In this document: piece by piece, positions 51,751-64,000 of the stretch
Layout of the letters: each line of letters opens with the position of its first letter
How positions within the stretch are numbered: the first letter of the stretch is position 1
Origin: Saprospiraceae bacterium
GTDB lineage: Bacteria; Bacteroidota; Bacteroidia; Chitinophagales; Saprospiraceae
NCBI GenBank assembly: GCA_046329385.1
Contig: JAXLUT010000007.1
Span: 20,640 to 84,639, forward strand
DNA length: 64,000 bases
Direction of reading: 5' to 3'
Notes under the pieces: model-generated
Databases searched by the model: none
Seen by the model: the letters and a program-made list of their open reading frames with translations, nothing else
What the model was told of the DNA's origin: nothing
Program-made: the position numbers and the translations under genes

Positions 51751-52449
51751 ATGTATTCACAAGAAGAGTTTAAAAAGTTTGCTGTAGGTCACCTTGGAAT
51801 GAGCAAGATGCACCTTGACAAATATATGCAAACGTCTGTTCCAAATATTTCTGACTTCACTCCACAGGTCATTGAAGAAAGACAAATGAATATAGTGGGC
51901 ATGGATGTGTTCTCAAGACTGATGATGGATAGAATCATCTTTATGGGTGTACCTGTCAATGACTATGTAGCCAATGTTATCCAAGCACAACTATTATTTT
52001 TAGAGTCCACTGATCCAAAAAGAGACATTCAAATGTTTATCAATAGCCCAGGTGGATCTGTCATTGCTGGCATGGGTATTTATGACACGATGCAGTATGT
52101 AGCACCAGATGTAGCAACTATTTGTACTGGTTTAGCCGCATCCATGGGAGCAGTACTCCTCTGTGCTGGTAAGACCGGCAAACGCACCTGTTTGCCACAT
52201 TCCAGAGTCATGATACACCAGCCATCAGGAGGTATGCAGGGTCAATTTACAGATATGGAGATATCTTACAAGCTGATCAAGCAACTGCGCAATGAACTGT
52301 ATGACATCATGGCACACCACACTGGCAAAACTTTTGAAGACATCGAGAAAGATTCTGATAGAGACAACTGGATGACAGCGCAAGAAGCCAAAGATTACGG
52401 CTTGGTAGATGAAGTTTTAGAAAGAAAAGCTGCTCCTAAAAAAGCTTAA
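51751..52449 (+). CDS. clpP: ATP-dependent Clp protease proteolytic subunit
   Basis: Catalytic-region motifs [11 protein letters not shown] and IHQP. Confidence 0.92.
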   Translation: MYSQEEFKKFAVGHLGMSKMHLDKYMQTSVPNISDFTPQVIEERQMNIVGMDVFSRLMMDRIIFMGVPVNDYVANVIQAQLLFLESTDPKRDIQMFINSPGGSVIAGMGIYDTMQYVAPDVATICTGLAASMGAVLLCAGKTGKRTCLPHSRVMIHQPSGGMQGQFTDMEISYKLIKQLRNELYDIMAHHTGKTFEDIEKDSDRDNWMTAQEAKDYGLVDEVLERKAAPKKA

Positions 52450-52471
52450 ATTTTTTATTAAAAGAAATCAA

Positions 52472-53715
52472 ATGTCTAGATATAAAGAAAATATCAAATG
52501 CTCGTTTTGTGGCAAAGATAAGCGTGACGCACTCATGCTTATTGCAGGTATTGATGGCCATATATGCGAAGCCTGTGTAGAGCAAGCTTATGACATCATC
52601 TCAGATGAAATAAAGACGAATAAGAAAAAGCCTGGTAAGGATAGTTTCCGTGGCTTACCTGCCAATGTCACACCAGCTCAAATCAAGGCTTTTTTGGATC
52701 AATATGTAATAGGTCAGACAGATGCAAAAAAATTTCTATCTGTAGCAGTCTATAATCACTATAAAAGATTGGTAAACAATAGCTTGGGTGATGTGAGATT
52801 GAAAAATCTAATATTGTCTTGGTAGGTGAAACTGGCACTGGTAAGACACTTTTGGCCAAGACCATAGCCAAATTTCTCGATGTACCATTTGCTATAGTAG
52901 ATGCAACTGTATTCACAGAGGCTGGATATGTGGGCGAAGATGTTGAAAGTATGTTGAGTCGTTTGCTCAACAACTGTGATTTCAACGTAGAAGCAGCACA
53001 GCGAGGCATTGTCTATATTGATGAAATAGACAAGATAGCGCGTAAAAGTGATAACCCTTCCATCACTCGTGATGTATCAGGCGAAGGCGTACAGCAAGCA
53101 CTCTTAAAAATGCTTGAAGGTACCGAAGTCAATGTACCACCTTATGGAGGACGCAAGCATCCAGAGCAAAAGATGATCAAAATTGATACTTCCAATATAC
53201 TTTTCATCTGCGGAGGAGCCTTTTCAGGTATAGAAAGGGTCATCTCAAGAAGGCTCAATACCCAGGTGATTGGGTATAATGGTGATCAGAAAGAGACCAT
53301 AGACAGAGATAATATGTTGCAATATATCATGCACCAAGATCTTAAGAATTTTGGCTTAATACCCGAACTCATCGGGCGTTTGCCTGTTTTGACATATTTG
53401 GAGCCATTGGACAAAGCTACATTGATTTCAATCCTCACTGAGCCAAAAAATGCCCTGTTAAAGCAATATACCAAGTTGTTTGAATTAGAAGGTATCAAGC
53501 TTACATTCAATAATGAGGCTATAGATTTCATTGCTGAAAAGGCTATGGAATACAAATTGGGAGCTAGAGGTTTAAGGTCATTGTGCGAAGCTATCCTGAC
53601 AGACGCCATGTTTGAGTTACCATCTCAGAAAGACATTAAAGAGTTTGTCGTTGATAAAGTATATGTAGAAGATAAACTAAATAAAACGGCCATCAGAAAG
53701 CTCATAGCGGCTTAG
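52472..53715 (+). CDS. clpX: ATP-dependent Clp protease ATP-binding subunit ClpX, interrupted by a 1-nt frameshift near 52795
   Basis: Zinc-finger N-terminus (CSFCGK...CEAC) in ORF 52472..52825. The AAA module (GETGTGKT) is in ORF 52819..53715. Adding one G restores [21 protein letters not shown]. Confidence 0.9.
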
Positions 53716-53850
53716 TTTTGAGAACATTATTGTATTAGTCATAGGCAAAGGTAATTAATTGAATAAGTGATTACCTTTGCCGAATTCTCGTTCCCCGTAT
53801 TTACTGTATTCTGTAAACGACATTTCACATATTGCAAATATTGTTTTAAT

Positions 53851-54166
53851 GTAGCCCGTAGGATGACTGAGTGGTGTTGGGTGGCAACAATTAAGCCAAC
53901 GGATTGGCTTAATAACGAAGGAACTGATCAATACTTTGATCAGCAACTCACATCATGGTTCGATTCACAAATAAGCAAAAAAAAGCATCCAAATGGATGC
54001 TTATGTAGTAGCCCGTAGGATGACTGAGTGGTGTTGCGTGGCAACAATTAAGCCAACGGATTGGCTTAATAACGAAGGAACTGATCAATACTTTGATCAG
54101 CAACTCACACCATGGTTCGATTCACAAATAAGCAAAAAAAAAAGCATCCAAATGGATGCTTAAGTA
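53851..54166. repeat. two tandem ~157/159-bp units, each beginning with the last 12 nt shared with the tRNA-Glu 3' end region
   Basis: Units 53851..54007 and 54008..54166 are near-identical. Each has two perfect 7-bp hairpins (aagccaa/ttggctt, ctgatca/tgatcag) and a terminator hairpin (gcatcca/tggatgc) with an A/T run. Confidence 0.85.
54134..54159 (-). terminator. rho-independent terminator after tRNA-Glu
   Basis: Minus strand reads gcatcca-tt-tggatgc followed by T10. A second copy lies at 53977..54000. Confidence 0.75.
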
Positions 54167-54167
54167 G

Positions 54168-54239
54168 TAGCCCGTAGGGGAATCGAACCCCTCCTACCAG
54201 GATGAAAACCTGGCGTCCTAACCGATAAACGAACGGGCC
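54168..54239 (-). tRNA. tRNA-Glu (anticodon TTC)
   Basis: Cloverleaf read by hand: anticodon stem ccagg/cctgg with loop ttTTCat, T-arm AGGGG-TTCGATT-CCCCT, acceptor GGCCCGT/ACGGGCT (G1-U72). Confidence 0.88.
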
Positions 54240-54421
54240 AATATTTAACAAAAATATGCCTTTCTTAAAAAGCGACGCAAAGATATACACTATTTTGGTA
54301 ATTCAAAATTACTTTTAGATAAATTATCAAAAATTTCTTATATTTTGAATCAAATTCAAGAAAAAAGATGGTTGTCGATGCTACAAAAGTCAAACAACCA
54401 TCTTTTCAAGTGGAAAAATTA

Positions 54422-56635
<2,214 letters not shown>

Positions 56636-56861
56636 TTATTTAATACACTAACAAATGAGTGATCACAAAGTTATAGAGATAAGTAAGGAAAATAGAATGA
56701 TTATGCTTATAATCTTATAAATAGTTCTTTTTGAAAAGTATTCGATGTCAACTTTAAATCTATGTGCATGATCAGAATGTTGAGATGAATACTTAGGTAC
56801 AAATGATCAGCGTGTCAAATTCTTTTACAATGAAGTCTTAATGAGCAGCATTAATGAAATT

Positions 56862-56902
56862 GAACAAAAAGAAAGGGGATCTCACCAAAATGAAATCCCC
56901 TT
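56862..56902 (-). terminator. rho-independent terminator after rplT
   Basis: aaggggat/atcccctt stem with a T-rich tract on the minus strand. Confidence 0.65.
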
Positions 56903-56925
56903 ATTTTTATTTTTTAAATACAAGT

Positions 56926-57270
56926 TTATCTGACAGAATCAACCACAGCTTTAAAGGCATCTGGGTGATTCATTGCTAAATCTGCCAATACTTTTCTATT
57001 CAATCCTATTTCTTTTTGATTCAAGGCATGAATAAATTTAGAATATGACATACCAAACATTCTAGTGGCTGCATTGATCCTTGCTATCCACAATCTACGG
57101 AATGCTCTTTTCTTGTTCTTTCTATCTCTGTATGCGTATTGATAACCTTTTTCGACGGCATTGACGGCTACAGTATAGACTTTACTTCTAGCACCAAAAT
57201 ATCCTTTGGCTGCTTTTAAAACTTTTTTTCTGCGTGCTCTTGAAGCGACTGCGTTGACTGATCTAGGCAT
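56926..57270 (-). CDS. rplT: 50S ribosomal protein L20
   Basis: 114 aa, [19 protein letters not shown]... Confidence 0.95.
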   Translation of the reverse strand: MPRSVNAVASRARRKKVLKAAKGYFGARSKVYTVAVNAVEKGYQYAYRDRKNKKRAFRRLWIARINAATRMFGMSYSKFIHALNQKEIGLNRKVLADLAMNHPDAFKAVVDSVR

Positions 57271-57352
57271 ATTTATTGGTTTTAGTACAATACAGGGATC
57301 TAATAATTGATACTTTTTCCTGTATTCTCGTTAAAAAAAAATTATATCATTT

Positions 57353-57547
57353 TTATTTACAAAGCAAGTTCTTGACTTTAGCGTAGTCAGCCTCACTGAC
57401 CAATGCTGATCCGAGCAATCTTGTCTTTGCTTTATTTGATTTTTTTCTCATCAAGTGACGCGCATTGGCTTGGAATCTTTTAATTTTTCCAGTACCTGTG
57501 AAGGTAAATCTCTTCTTTGCACTTGAATGGGTTTTCATCTTTGGCAT
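57353..57547 (-). CDS. rpmI: 50S ribosomal protein L35
   Basis: 64 aa, [14 protein letters not shown]... Confidence 0.95.
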   Translation of the reverse strand: MPKMKTHSSAKKRFTFTGTGKIKRFQANARHLMRKKSNKAKTRLLGSALVSEADYAKVKNLLCK

Positions 57548-57653
57548 AACAAATTCTATTTAGGGCTGCAAAGGTAGCAAAAACGTATTATATTTAATGT
57601 ATGAATTTGAAAAATATTTTCGAAAAATTAAATTATAGTACTTATTGCTAAAA

Positions 57654-58245
57654 TTATACCTTCTTCTTCTTTGGCGAGATCATCACGATCATACGCTTAC
57701 CTTCCAATTTTGGTAACTCTTCTGCTGCGCCCAACTCTTCAAGCTCTTTCAAAAATCTGAGAAGAATCAATTCTCCACGATCTTTAAATACGATGGCCCG
57801 ACCCTTAAACTGGACATAAGCCTTGATTTTCTCTCCATCTTGTAGAAATTTGATGGCGTGTTTGACTTTAAAATCAAAATCGTGATCATCAGTATTAGGT
57901 CCAAAGCGTATCTCTTTGATGACGGTCTTGGCAGTTTTGGCTTTGAGCTCTTTCTCCTTCTTTTTCCTGTCGTAGATAAATTTTTTGAAGTCAATGATTT
58001 TACAAACTGGTGGGTCTGCATTTGGGCTGATTTCTACCACATCCATTTCCAATTCTTCCGCCCACTGGATAACTTGGTATGTATTATAAATGCCTTTCGA
58101 TATTTTTCTTAGCAACTTCGCTGACTTCGTCTAGATTGTCGCCTACTAAACGGATACGTGGCACATTTATCTCCCTATTGAGTCTATAATTGTACTTTTC
58201 GTCCTGAACCTTGTTTTGTTGTGGTTGTACTCTACCTTTTGCCAA
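57654..58245 (-). CDS. infC: translation initiation factor IF-3, interrupted by a 1-nt frameshift at homopolymer 58103-58107; non-ATG start
   Basis: ORF 57654..58115 carries the IF3 core (DVVEISPNADPPVCKI). The upstream frame reads LAKGRVQPQQNKVQDEKYNYRLNREINVPRIRLVGDNLDEVSEVAKK. Removing one A from the A5 run joins them. Confidence 0.85.
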
Positions 58246-58343
58246 ATGTTTTTCTATTTTGTTTTAATAATGTCGCAAAAATAAATACAAAAGTGCATTC
58301 ATTATTAATAATCAATGCACTTATGTAAATAAAAATAATTATT

Positions 58344-60890
58344 TTATGTCTTCATGGGTATTTGCCTCTGAAAAAAGCTGATCACCAAGCCGCTACTATC
58401 TTCATTGATGTCTGCCAATAACTTAGTGCCCTTCTCTGGATTTTCATTTAAGATGAATTCTGCAAGAGGATCTTCGATGTATTTTTGAATGGCTCTATTG
58501 AGTGGTCTCGCCCCAAACTGTGGGTCGAATCCTTTTTCAGCAACAAACGTTTTAGCTTGATCAGTTAGTACCAACTCAAAATCGAGGTTGCTCATGCGCT
58601 TGAACAATTGTTGTAAATTGATATCAATGATTTTGAATATTGATTCTTTCTCTAGGCTATTAAAGATTACGACATCATCAATCCTATTGAGAAACTCTGG
58701 AGAGAATGTCTTCTTTAATGCACCTTGGATGATGGCCTTGGCATTTTCTTCTGCATTCTCTTGTCTTGATGATGTGGCAAATCCTAATCCTTGGCCGAAA
58801 TCCTTCAATTGCTTGACGCCAATATTGGATGTCATGATGATGAGAGTATTTTTGAAATCTACCTTCCTACCCAAACCGTCAGTAAGCTGACCATCGTCCA
58901 ATACTTGAAGTAAAATATTATACACATCAGGGTGTGCCTTTTCGATTTCATCTAGCAAGATGACAGAGTAAGGCTTACGTCTTACTTTTTCGGTTAATTG
59001 GCCGCCTTCTTCATATCCAACATAGCCTGGAGGCGCACCAATCAATCTCGAAATGCTGAATTTCTCCATATATTCAGACATATCGATCCTAATAAGTGCA
59101 TCTTCTGAATCGAACAAATATCGCGAAAGTGTTTTGGCTAATTCTGTTTTACCCACTCCTGTTGGCCCTAAAAATATGAAAGAACCTATAGGCTTGGAAG
59201 GATCTTTGAGTCCAACTCTATTGCGTTGAATCGCCTTTGTCACCTTGGTGATGGCTTCGTCTTGTCCTATGACCATGCCTTCGAGGTCTTTGGTCATTTT
59301 TACGAGCTTGTTAGATTCACTTTGAGCAACTCTCTTTACTGGTATGCCAGTCATCATTGACACCACTTCTGCAATGTCGTCTTCGTTGACAGGGTATTTC
59401 TTGGTTTTAGATTCTTCTTCCCATTCTTCCTTATTTTGCTCCAACTTGCGTAAGAGCTTGGACTCTTGATCTCTTAAGTCGGCTGCTTTTTCGTATTGCT
59501 GATTTTTGACAGCAATATTTTTTTGTTCTTTGACTTGCTCTATTTCCTTTTCAAGATCTTCAATATACTTTGGTACGTGGATATTTTTGTGGTGAGTCCT
59601 GGCGCCTACTTCATCCATGACGTCAATGGCTTTGTCTGGAAAAAATCTATCTGAGATATATCGCTCACTTAGTTTTACACACGCATCGATGGCCTCATCA
59701 GAATACCTGACATTGTGAAAATCTTCATACTTGTTTTTGATATTGTGCAAGATATGAATGGTCTCTTCTAATGAAGGTGGCTCTACCATGACCTTTTGAA
59801 ATCTTCTATCTAATGCACCATCTTTCTCTATATACTGTCTATATTCGTCGAGCGTAGACGCACCAATACATTGTAACTCACCTCTTGCCAATGCTGGCTT
59901 GAAAATATTGGAAGCATCCAATGAACCAGTAGCACCACCTGCACCTACTATAGTATGTATTTCATCTATAAACAGGATGATGTCTCTTGCTTTTTCGAGC
60001 TCAGTCATAATGGCTTTCATTCGCTCTTCAAACTGACCGCGATATTTTGTACCAGCTACTAATGCTGCAAGGTCGAGCATGACCACTCTCTTGTTGAATA
60101 GTGTCCGAGAAACTTTGCGTTGAATGATTCTCAACGCCAAGCCTTCGACAATAGCTGTCTTACCTACACCAGGCTCACCGATGAGGATAGGATTGTTCTT
60201 TTTGCGTCTTGAAAGGATCTGAGATACCCTCTCAATCTCCACTTCGCGACCAATGATGGGATCTAATTTTCCTTCTTCAGCGAGGCGAGATACATCTCTT
60301 CCAAAATTATCTAATACTGGAGTCCTTGATTTGCTACTTGATTTGCGAGATGAACCGAAAGTGTCACCACTATCATCATCGTCCATCGGGATATCTGAAT
60401 CTGAAGGAGCCTGCCCCATAAAATCAAAGCCTATAGGGTCATTTTCTTGCCTGACGTACTCCATTTCTTTTTTGAAAGCTTCGTAGTCCACATTAAAATC
60501 GCTTAGGATTTGATTGGCAAGATTTTCTTCATGCTTCAAAATAGATAACATGAGGTGTTCAGGTCTGATTTCGTCGCTTTTATATACTTTGGCTTCAAGC
60601 GAGGTCACTTTTAGTACTTTTTCTGCATGTTTGTTGAGCGGAATACTACCAAAATTATAACCAGTATCTCCATCATGTCTGGCTGCATGCGTCTTTTCTA
60701 ATCTCGTCTTGAGGGCATCAATATCTACAGCCAAAGAGTCTAAGACTTTGACAGCTAAGCTATCTTTCTCCTGAATCAAGCCCAAAAGGAAATGCTCTGT
60801 ACCTATAAAATCATGGCCCAACCTTATTGCTTCTTCTCTACTCAACTGGATGATTTTTTTTACCTTAGGTGAAAATTTTCTATTATTCAT
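58344..60890 (-). CDS. clpC: ClpC-type AAA+ chaperone / Clp protease ATP-binding subunit
   Basis: Clp_N repeats, two AAA modules ([16 protein letters not shown]), UVR-like linker ([11 protein letters not shown]). Confidence 0.85.
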   Translation of the reverse strand: MNNRKFSPKVKKIIQLSREEAIRLGHDFIGTEHFLLGLIQEKDSLAVKVLDSLAVDIDALKTRLEKTHAARHDGDTGYNFGSIPLNKHAEKVLKVTSLEAKVYKSDEIRPEHLMLSILKHEENLANQILSDFNVDYEAFKKEMEYVRQENDPIGFDFMGQAPSDSDIPMDDDDSGDTFGSSRKSSSKSRTPVLDNFGRDVSRLAEEGKLDPIIGREVEIERVSQILSRRKKNNPILIGEPGVGKTAIVEGLALRIIQRKVSRTLFNKRVVMLDLAALVAGTKYRGQFEERMKAIMTELEKARDIILFIDEIHTIVGAGGATGSLDASNIFKPALARGELQCIGASTLDEYRQYIEKDGALDRRFQKVMVEPPSLEETIHILHNIKNKYEDFHNVRYSDEAIDACVKLSERYISDRFFPDKAIDVMDEVGARTHHKNIHVPKYIEDLEKEIEQVKEQKNIAVKNQQYEKAADLRDQESKLLRKLEQNKEEWEEESKTKKYPVNEDDIAEVVSMMTGIPVKRVAQSESNKLVKMTKDLEGMVIGQDEAITKVTKAIQRNRVGLKDPSKPIGSFIFLGPTGVGKTELAKTLSRYLFDSEDALIRIDMSEYMEKFSISRLIGAPPGYVGYEEGGQLTEKVRRKPYSVILLDEIEKAHPDVYNILLQVLDDGQLTDGLGRKVDFKNTLIIMTSNIGVKQLKDFGQGLGFATSSRQENAEENAKAIIQGALKKTFSPEFLNRIDDVVIFNSLEKESIFKIIDINLQQLFKRMSNLDFELVLTDQAKTFVAEKGFDPQFGARPLNRAIQKYIEDPLAEFILNENPEKGTKLLADINEDSSGLVISFFQRQIPMKT

Positions 60891-61397
60891 GTATGCTTTT
60901 ATATCTTCTAAAATGATATTTGAATTTTTGTGGTAATAAATGTATCAACAATATCGTGCCATTCGTAGCAATATGTTATTTTGTCAGATATTAAATTTCT
61001 CACAAATATAATACTATTTTTATAAAATTGCTCGATGGTACTCAATAAAGCTGACGATGACAATATAACATGTCCTAATTTTATATACAAATAACAAATT
61101 TTGTTTTGTACTTGTTATATTTTTAAGACACTTTAACTATTTTTTGCTTTATAATGTTATTGGAATAAAATAAAATTAATTTTACAACAATCCAATCTTA
61201 TCTGCAAAAAGGACGCCAATATATGTCTGTACAAAATGAAATTCTTATGTTTTGTTGACTTTCTGAAGGGTTGAGCTATATGTGAAGACCAATCATAATA
61301 GTCGTCCAATCTGCCAACCAATGTGTGATAAACAAATATTGGCATTCAAAATTTTATTAAATAGTACTTAACGAAACATATTTTCCAATTTTTAGTT

Positions 61398-61405
61398 TAC
61401 TTTTG
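61398..61405 (+). promoter_or_regulatory. -7 box TACTTTTG
   Basis: TAnnTTTG, 62 nt upstream of the ATG at 61467. Confidence 0.3.
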
Positions 61406-61466
61406 CAGCGCGAAAAAGTAATGAGGTCATAAAATATTTAAGTAGAAACCAAAAATCAGGTCAAAA

Positions 61467-61850
61467 ATGAAGTTTACATTAGATAAAACAGACAGATATA
61501 CCATTTTCAAACTCGATGAAGAAAATCTTAATTCCATCTTGGCACCTGATTTAAAGTCAGAATTTGTCTTGTTGAGCAACGAAGGTGTAAGAAATTTGAT
61601 CTTAGACTTATCAGATGTTAAATATGTAGATTCGTCAGGATTAAGCGCCATTTTGACAGCCAATCGTTTATGGAAAGATTTTGGTTCATTTGTCTTAACT
61701 GGCGCCACTCATCCTGCTGTCAAAAAATTGATCCAAATATCTCGCTTAGAGTCTATATTGACTATCATACCTACCGTTGCAGAATCAGTTGATTTCGTTT
61801 TTATGGAAGACATCGAAAAAGAACTGACTGCTGAAGGCGAGCAGGAGTAA
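61467..61850 (+). CDS. STAS-domain protein (anti-sigma-factor antagonist-like)
   Basis: DLSDVKYVDSSGLSAIL motif with the phosphorylatable-Ser context. Confidence 0.8.
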   Translation: MKFTLDKTDRYTIFKLDEENLNSILAPDLKSEFVLLSNEGVRNLILDLSDVKYVDSSGLSAILTANRLWKDFGSFVLTGATHPAVKKLIQISRLESILTIIPTVAESVDFVFMEDIEKELTAEGEQE

Positions 61851-61936
61851 TTTTTTGGTTAGTTTAAAGTTAATCAATTTATTCAATGTATTGATTCACA
61901 AAAGCTATTCATCAAAAGATATTACCTCGATTTACG

Positions 61937-64000
61937 TCAATTTCTTTTGATTTTAGACACAGCGTTGCCAATAATATTGATTTCACCATTGTTTTGAACT
62001 ATTGGATCATGATTGCCCAAAATTTCAGAATGGTTGAGATGGATGGTGCCTTGATTGATCAAAGATGGAGTACCTGATGTAGTGATATTGAGTTTTATAT
62101 CATTTAGATCTAACGTTTTACCGGCTGTAAGCTTCCAACCAAATTGATTGTCATTGCTTACTATATTGATATTCGTACCATTGGTAGGGTCACCGACTAA
62201 TTCAATGTTTTTATTGATTTCCAAGCTATCTGTCAGATCGAGTGTAAGTCCAGGATCAAAAGTTATAATATCTCCATCAGATGCGCATTCCAAAATATGA
62301 CGCAGGGTGCCTGCACCTTGATTCATAGTACTAAATACATTTTGACCCGTTTCCACAAATATTTCTTTGCTCGATGTAGAGCTACAATTGACTACTGTAT
62401 GGGTAGCTGTCACTGTATAAGTGGTGGTCATTGATGGACTTATGGATAAGGAAGTATTTGTACTATTGTCATTCCAAATGTAAGTAAAATTGCCAAAAGG
62501 TGACACATTGAGCTCTGTACTTTCACCAGGACACAATACGCTTTTGTCTGCTGTAATATTGGCTTGTGGTAAGCAAGTACATGCGCAGTTGAGAGCTACA
62601 GATTCACCAAAGATACAAGGATTATAGCCCGAAAAAGAGGGAAATGATACTGCTGGCAAACCTGGATATGTTATGGTAATAGTCACATTGAACGATATGG
62701 TAGCAGGACTGCCAGAACAACATGTACCTGTGGCTTGGTCATACATCAAAATCCAAAAGCCATTGGCAGGATTATACCCAGGTAAATTATTTTGATATAA
62801 AGTGATGGTTGAAACTGCGCCTGGTAATCCTAAGTAAATATTAGCTTGAGTGTTGGGATTTCTGATTTCAAGGAGCATTTGTCCTGGTGTGCAGGTAGAA
62901 GGATATACAATATTGGTAATCTGAATGGTATAAGTTGGCGCATTAGGTGGATTGGAAGGTGCACCGGTAATATTGCCGGTGTTAAAACTGCCACCGCTCA
63001 GGTAACCACATCCAAAATTAAGACCTGAAGAAGTGCCACACATACTTGGATTGGAAGTGCAATTTAATACGACATCTGGCACAGCTGCTGCATAATGCGC
63101 CAACACTGGTGTAGCAAAATAATTGACTCCTTCATCCAAAGGGCCGCAATCAAATGATAGTGGAAGGTTTTTTAATGGGCTACCAGATGTAGATTGGATC
63201 AAATGGTTGACAGGGTTGGAAAGTGAGCCATTGATCGTTGCTGTACTTAATGCAGTATTGAAGCTGCTTTCGTCGGTGACCACATCAGTAATAGGGTCAC
63301 CTTGAGTTACCCACCAGCCTATGATCTCATTATTACCTAATGATGTAGTGTTGGTAGTGAGATTGGCAAAATTGCTTGTGGTACAAGATGAAGAGACAAA
63401 ACTTGCACTACTATTGACAGTTGGAATACCCACATCAGAAATCACTTTGATTGTCAATAGTGTGCGACAATTAGGATTGATTTCGTTGAGATCACCCAAA
63501 TACCAGTGATAAACACCAGGCACATTGTTGTTTAGCTGTCCTGCTCCTGATCCAAGAGATGGAGTAAAACTAGATGTATTGGAAGATAATGGTAGCGACT
63601 CAATGTGGCATACCAAGCATAACAAGCTGAAGGGACAAAAATAGGTGCTGGATCACCTACACAAAGTTCAACATAGGTGTCTTCAGACCCATTGGAAAAC
63701 TCTAAGTTGACATTACGATCGCACATTTGTGGACCTCGCGCACACAATAGGCCGTCCAACAATTTTGCTTTTTGACATGTGGTAAAAGTTGTGCGACAAT
63801 TACTACCATTATTATACGACATGATGTTGTTTTCTGTATTGATGTCAGTGGGATAAGGTGTGGCGCATGGTGAAGTACAAGCATTGGGAGACTTATTGCA
63901 TCCACTTCCATTGGCGCAAGTTAAATGTAAACCTGGATCCGCATCAGTATCAGTAATATAGTCACCTCCAGTACAACCATTGGACATATCAGGGCATTCT
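61937..64000 (-). CDS. large Cys-rich secreted protein, partial; M43-like metalloprotease C-terminal region upstream; frame break between about 63560 and 63650
   Basis: ORF 63532..63987 contains NIMSYN...C..TFTTCQKAKLLDGL, resembling the end of pappalysin/M43-type domains. ORF 61937..63625 continues in another frame. The N-terminus lies beyond the window. Confidence 0.5.

Noticed and set aside
53851-54166. CRISPR array
   Set aside because: There are only two adjacent units with no unique spacers between them, and the unit length (~157 bp) is far above CRISPR repeat size. The 8-9-nt array at 3793-3947 is likewise spacer-less.
53755-54290. ORFs 53755..53946, 53767..54018 and 54105..54290
   Set aside because: They lie within the 157-bp tandem repeats, the terminator hairpins and tRNA-Glu itself, with no coding signal.

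Overview
AT-rich chromosomal window that looks Bacteroidota-type: it has a T9SS C-terminal sorting domain, SprB-type repeats, DUF4293/DUF4197/DUF4105 genes and recurrent TAnnTTTG -7 promoter boxes. Housekeeping blocks (alaS; tRNA-Leu + tig-clpP-clpX; tRNA-Glu; katG; infC-rpmI-rplT; clpC) alternate with accessory regions. The standout is a tightly packed minus-strand operon at 8358-20229. In transcription order it encodes (1) a membrane protein with two H-x13-H pairs in predicted TM helices, (2) a membrane-anchored FeS + FAD/NAD(P)-binding oxidoreductase, (3) a 614-aa secreted protein with 23 CxxCH motifs, (4) a ~1745-aa secreted protein with ~70 CxxCH motifs by my manual count, split by a 1-nt frameshift near 12692, (5) a 538-aa predicted outer-membrane beta-barrel, and (6) a lipoprotein. 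I read this as a candidate porin-cytochrome-type extracellular electron conduit fed by a pyridine-nucleotide-type flavoprotein rather than a recognisable quinol dehydrogenase. That reading is inference, not demonstrated. Other notable items are an IS3-family element abutting the start of a heavily eroded hybrid histidine kinase, an orphan LytTR regulator divergent from the cytochrome operon, and a disrupted SprB-repeat adhesin carrying a decayed 668-bp tandem duplication. There are also 157-bp structured tandem repeats bounded by the 3' end of tRNA-Glu, a ~95-bp palindrome-containing repeat flanking a broken AAA ATPase, an 8-9-nt tandem array in front of a promoter, and a cyclophilin-FKBP fusion. 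Caveat: single-nucleotide frameshifts at short homopolymer or dinucleotide runs also interrupt alaS, clpX and infC. Many frame breaks may therefore be sequencing or assembly errors, and pseudogene calls need read-level confirmation.
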